From positions 1,862,001-1,926,000 of the forward strand of contig NC_087251.1 in assembly GCF_037042905.1 (NCBI RefSeq): a stretch of DNA of 64,000 nt, written 5' to 3'. Under the pieces are notes generated by a model that searched no databases, had not been told where the DNA came from, and worked only from the letters and a program-made list of their open reading frames with translations. Positions 63,089-64,000 of this stretch are shown in pieces; positions within the stretch are counted from its first letter, which is position 1; the number at the start of each line of letters is the position of its first letter. A program made the position numbers and the translations under genes. This DNA is from Lytechinus pictus. Lineage: Eukaryota.

Positions 63089-64000
63089 TCACAGTCCATG
63101 GGAGTTTAAAAGTCTCGTAAAGAAGGGGACTGGGCTGTTCCTGTAGCGATCAGTTCTACTTCTAGGTTCGATGCATATTCTTCTTGTTCTTAGTGTCCTT
63201 GTATTTGTGTTCCTATCAAACCATGGGCACCCAGATTCAAAAGCTTTCCGAGCAAACTGTAAGCAAAGTTGATCACGTCTACTTCTCAAGGTAGGCAGCT
63301 GTGCTGATTCGAGAGCATTCTCATATGAATGATATTGAGGGCCGAGGATGATTCTGAGGGCTCTCTTCTGCACAGCTTCGATGTTTTGGCTTTGGGCTGA
63401 GGTCAGCGAACCGTGCCAAACAGGGCAAGCGTATTCAAGTAGAGGACGCACGAATCCTGTGAATACGACAATCAAGTCTCGTAGTGGAAGAGCGAACCGT
63501 TTAAGAGATCTTACCATGAACATTCGACGGTTGGCTCGCGATACGATGTCACGAATGTAAGCGTCCCACTTAAGATTTCCTTGAATGATCACCCCGAGCA
63601 CTTTAATCTCGTTTGCGGCACGCAGCTCCTCATTATTGAGATTCACTTGAGTTGGCGGAGGAAGATTTTTCTTGAAGCATACCTGCATGGTGGAACATTT
63701 CCTCGCGTTGAGTAGCAGATGGTTATCACGGCACCATGACTCAAGGATAGAGAGCGAGTCGTGTAACACATCATCACGATCCAAGACATTGCGAGAAATT
63801 GCTATTGTCATGTCATCTACGTATTTCCAGTGAGCGACAGGCTGGTCGCGTAAAACATCATCGATTAAGGCAAGGAAAATCAAAGGACCAAGGCGTGTAC
63901 CTTGGGGGAAACCTGCTTTAACTACTTGCCAATCTGAAAACTTTCCTTGGTAACGGACACACGTCATGCGACTCGTCAAGAAGTCACATACCCACTGGAT
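63089..64000 (-). mobile_element. CR1/L2-superfamily LINE, ORF2 RT and C-terminus, antisense in CYP intron 11; continues beyond window
   Basis: Uninterrupted ~300-aa frame: GFPQGTRLGPLIFL, KYVDD, LGVIIQGNLKW, VRPLLEYACPVW, IEAVQKRALRII, RYRNSPVP. Confidence 0.92.

Overview
Eukaryotic, AT-rich, intron- and repeat-rich animal DNA; the repeat families and gene content suggest an echinoderm, probably a sea urchin (inference). Three spliced protein-coding genes were traced by hand with phase-consistent splice sites. (1) The first coding exon of RSPH9 (- strand, 5591-5817); the rest lies left of the window. (2) A complete ~21-exon, ~1195-aa Apaf-1-like gene (- strand, 14355-45581) with an unusual architecture: a DEATH domain instead of a CARD, then NB-ARC, then WD40 repeats. 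It apparently lacks most of helical domain 2, has a GC-AG intron, and has a 62-bp minisatellite built from one of its own exon/intron junctions. (3) A divergently transcribed CYP46A1-like cytochrome P450 (+ strand, 11 exons from 50979; the heme-binding exon is beyond the window). Introns and intergenic DNA hold many non-autonomous DNA transposons (foldback/TU-like elements with 15-bp-repeat arms, a Ginger-like TGT..ACA element, TTAA-flanked Kolobok-like MITEs, hAT-like MITEs with 8-bp TSDs), CR1/L2-type LINE fragments, satellites and microsatellites. Most long ORFs in the supplied track are read-throughs of tandem repeats, not genes.
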